A DNA stretch of 6,776 nt from a virus (lineage: Duplodnaviria; Heunggongvirae; Uroviricota; Caudoviricetes). Of the stretch, positions 5,697 to 6,776 are shown in pieces (position 1 is the first letter of the stretch; each line of letters starts with the position of its first letter). The notes below the pieces were generated by a model that did not search any database, was not told the DNA's origin, and was given only the letters and a program-made list of their open reading frames with translations. Both the position numbers and the translations under genes were made by a program. The DNA lies in IMG/VR virus record IMGVR_UViG_2654587674_000004; one strand, written 5' to 3'.

Positions 5697-6554
5697 CTAA
5701 TTGGGGGATAACAGATCCTGTCTATGAGCGTTTCCCTTTGTGCGTGCGTTGAAACTGATAACGGTAAACGTCATGATGAACACAACCGCGAATAAGACGA
5801 CAATCGTCGGAGCTGGTGCGCTGTCGATAAAAAAGGACAGCCAAACACCAGTCATTGAGACTATTACCGATATGCCAGTCGCCAGTAGGAGTGCAATATG
5901 AAAGCGTTGTGTCAGGAGTACCGCAATGGCGCCAGGCGCAATGAGCAGAGAAATGGAGAGAATGATACCTACTGCTTTCAGCGTCGCCACAATGGTCAGG
6001 GAAACCATGCACAGCAGCCCATAATGCAGCCATCGCGTATGCAAACCGCTTACCTGCGCCTGTTGATAATCAAAGCTGAACAGCAAAAAATCCCGCCATT
6101 TTACGCTAATAACAAGTGTAACCAGCCCGGCAATAATCATCGTCTGGATTATATCGCCGATGGTTACCCCGAGCATGTCGCCGAAAAGAATATGGTCAAG
6201 ATGTATGTCTGGTTTGACTGCAATATACAAGATCAGACCTGCGGCAAACATGCCAGAAAAAACAATCCCCATCACTGTATCTTGCTTGATTCGGCTGTTG
6301 TCTTTCAGGTATCCCGTCGCCACCGCGCAGAATACTCCGGCGATAAATGCCCCTGTAGCCAGAGGTAACCCCAGAATCCAGGCAAGCACGATGCCAGGAA
6401 AAACCGCATGACTCATCGCGTCACCCATCAGTGCCCAACCTTTCAGGACCAGAAAGACCGACAGCAGCGCACAGGGTATGGAAACTACCAGTGAAATCAG
6501 CAGTGCGTGACTCATAAAGGTGAACTGCAGTGGCTCCAGTAATAATGCCATCAT
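5697..6554 (-). CDS. sitD: ABC-3 family Mn/Fe transporter permease, SitD/MntD-like
   Basis: 285-aa polytopic membrane protein with the ABC-3 permease pattern (...DAMSHAVFPG..., ...ILFGDMLGVTIGDI...). Its start overlaps the stop of a second upstream permease in an ATGA arrangement (6551-6554), as in sitC-sitD type operons. The SitD versus MntD/other ABC-3 assignment is from context and recall. Confidence 0.8.
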   Translation of the reverse strand: MMALLLEPLQFTFMSHALLISLVVSIPCALLSVFLVLKGWALMGDAMSHAVFPGIVLAWILGLPLATGAFIAGVFCAVATGYLKDNSRIKQDTVMGIVFSGMFAAGLILYIAVKPDIHLDHILFGDMLGVTIGDIIQTMIIAGLVTLVISVKWRDFLLFSFDYQQAQVSGLHTRWLHYGLLCMVSLTIVATLKAVGIILSISLLIAPGAIAVLLTQRFHIALLLATGISVIVSMTGVWLSFFIDSAPAPTIVVLFAVVFIMTFTVISFNARTKGNAHRQDLLSPN

Positions 6555-6776
6555 GAGCGATCCTCCAGCGCTTTATGCGCACGCCGACGATTTGCCAAAA
6601 GCCCATGGGTGGGCGCAAATACAAATGCTAAAAGAAACAGCAGTGTCTGCGCCACCACGATGATTCCACCTGTCGCGCCGTCCAGAAAGTAACTGACCCA
6701 CGCGCCGAGGAAACTGGTTACACTGCCAATAGTTACAGCAATTATGAGCAGGCGGGGAAAACGATCGGTTAACAAC
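6551..6776 (-). CDS. sitC: ABC-3 family Mn/Fe transporter permease, SitC/MntC-like; 3' portion only, the gene continues beyond the window end
   Basis: The C-terminal 74 aa are open to the window edge (...SYFLDGATGGIIVVAQTLLFLLAFVFAPTHGLLANRRRAHKALEDRS), typical of an ABC-3 permease C-terminus. The TGA stop overlaps the sitD ATG. Confidence 0.7.
   Translation of the reverse strand, partial: LLTDRFPRLLIIAVTIGSVTSFLGAWVSYFLDGATGGIIVVAQTLLFLLAFVFAPTHGLLANRRRAHKALEDRS

Noticed and set aside
5722-6624. Four ORFs inside or opposite sitD (5722-6033 minus, 5898-6368 plus, 6160-6411 plus, 6421-6624 minus)
   Set aside because: All are alternate-frame or antisense reads of the sitD/sitC coding sequence, which has a clear membrane-permease signature.
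1-6776. CRISPR array, tRNA/rRNA genes, integrase or transposase
   Set aside because: No regularly spaced short repeats, no tRNA-like cloverleaf candidates and no recombinase-like ORFs were seen. The only regular repeats are the intragenic stf repeats.

Overview
This window reads as an enterobacterial (E. coli/Shigella-like) chromosomal segment in three parts. (1) Positions 1-3884 are the distal end of a lambdoid prophage: a Stf-family side tail fibre gene with an Ala/Ser/Thr-rich repeat shaft, then three coupled genes (a lectin-like LamG-type protein, a small acidic protein, and a fibre/spike-like protein with a C-terminal self-cleaving chaperone domain), a clean intrinsic terminator and a small membrane protein. 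(2) Positions 3885-5700 are an accessory zone: non-coding DNA dense in inverted repeats, and a single AT-rich orphan gene on the minus strand (4430-5245, about 30% GC by eye versus about 50% in the flanks) bracketed by two imperfect direct repeats of roughly 70 nt. (3) Positions 5697-6776 are the 3' end of a sit/mnt-like ABC-3 metal-uptake operon on the minus strand (sitD complete, sitC partial). The best candidate for something undescribed is the AT-rich orphan gene with its repeat-bounded module; its function cannot be assigned from sequence alone. All domain and family calls are from motif recognition by eye; no database search was run.
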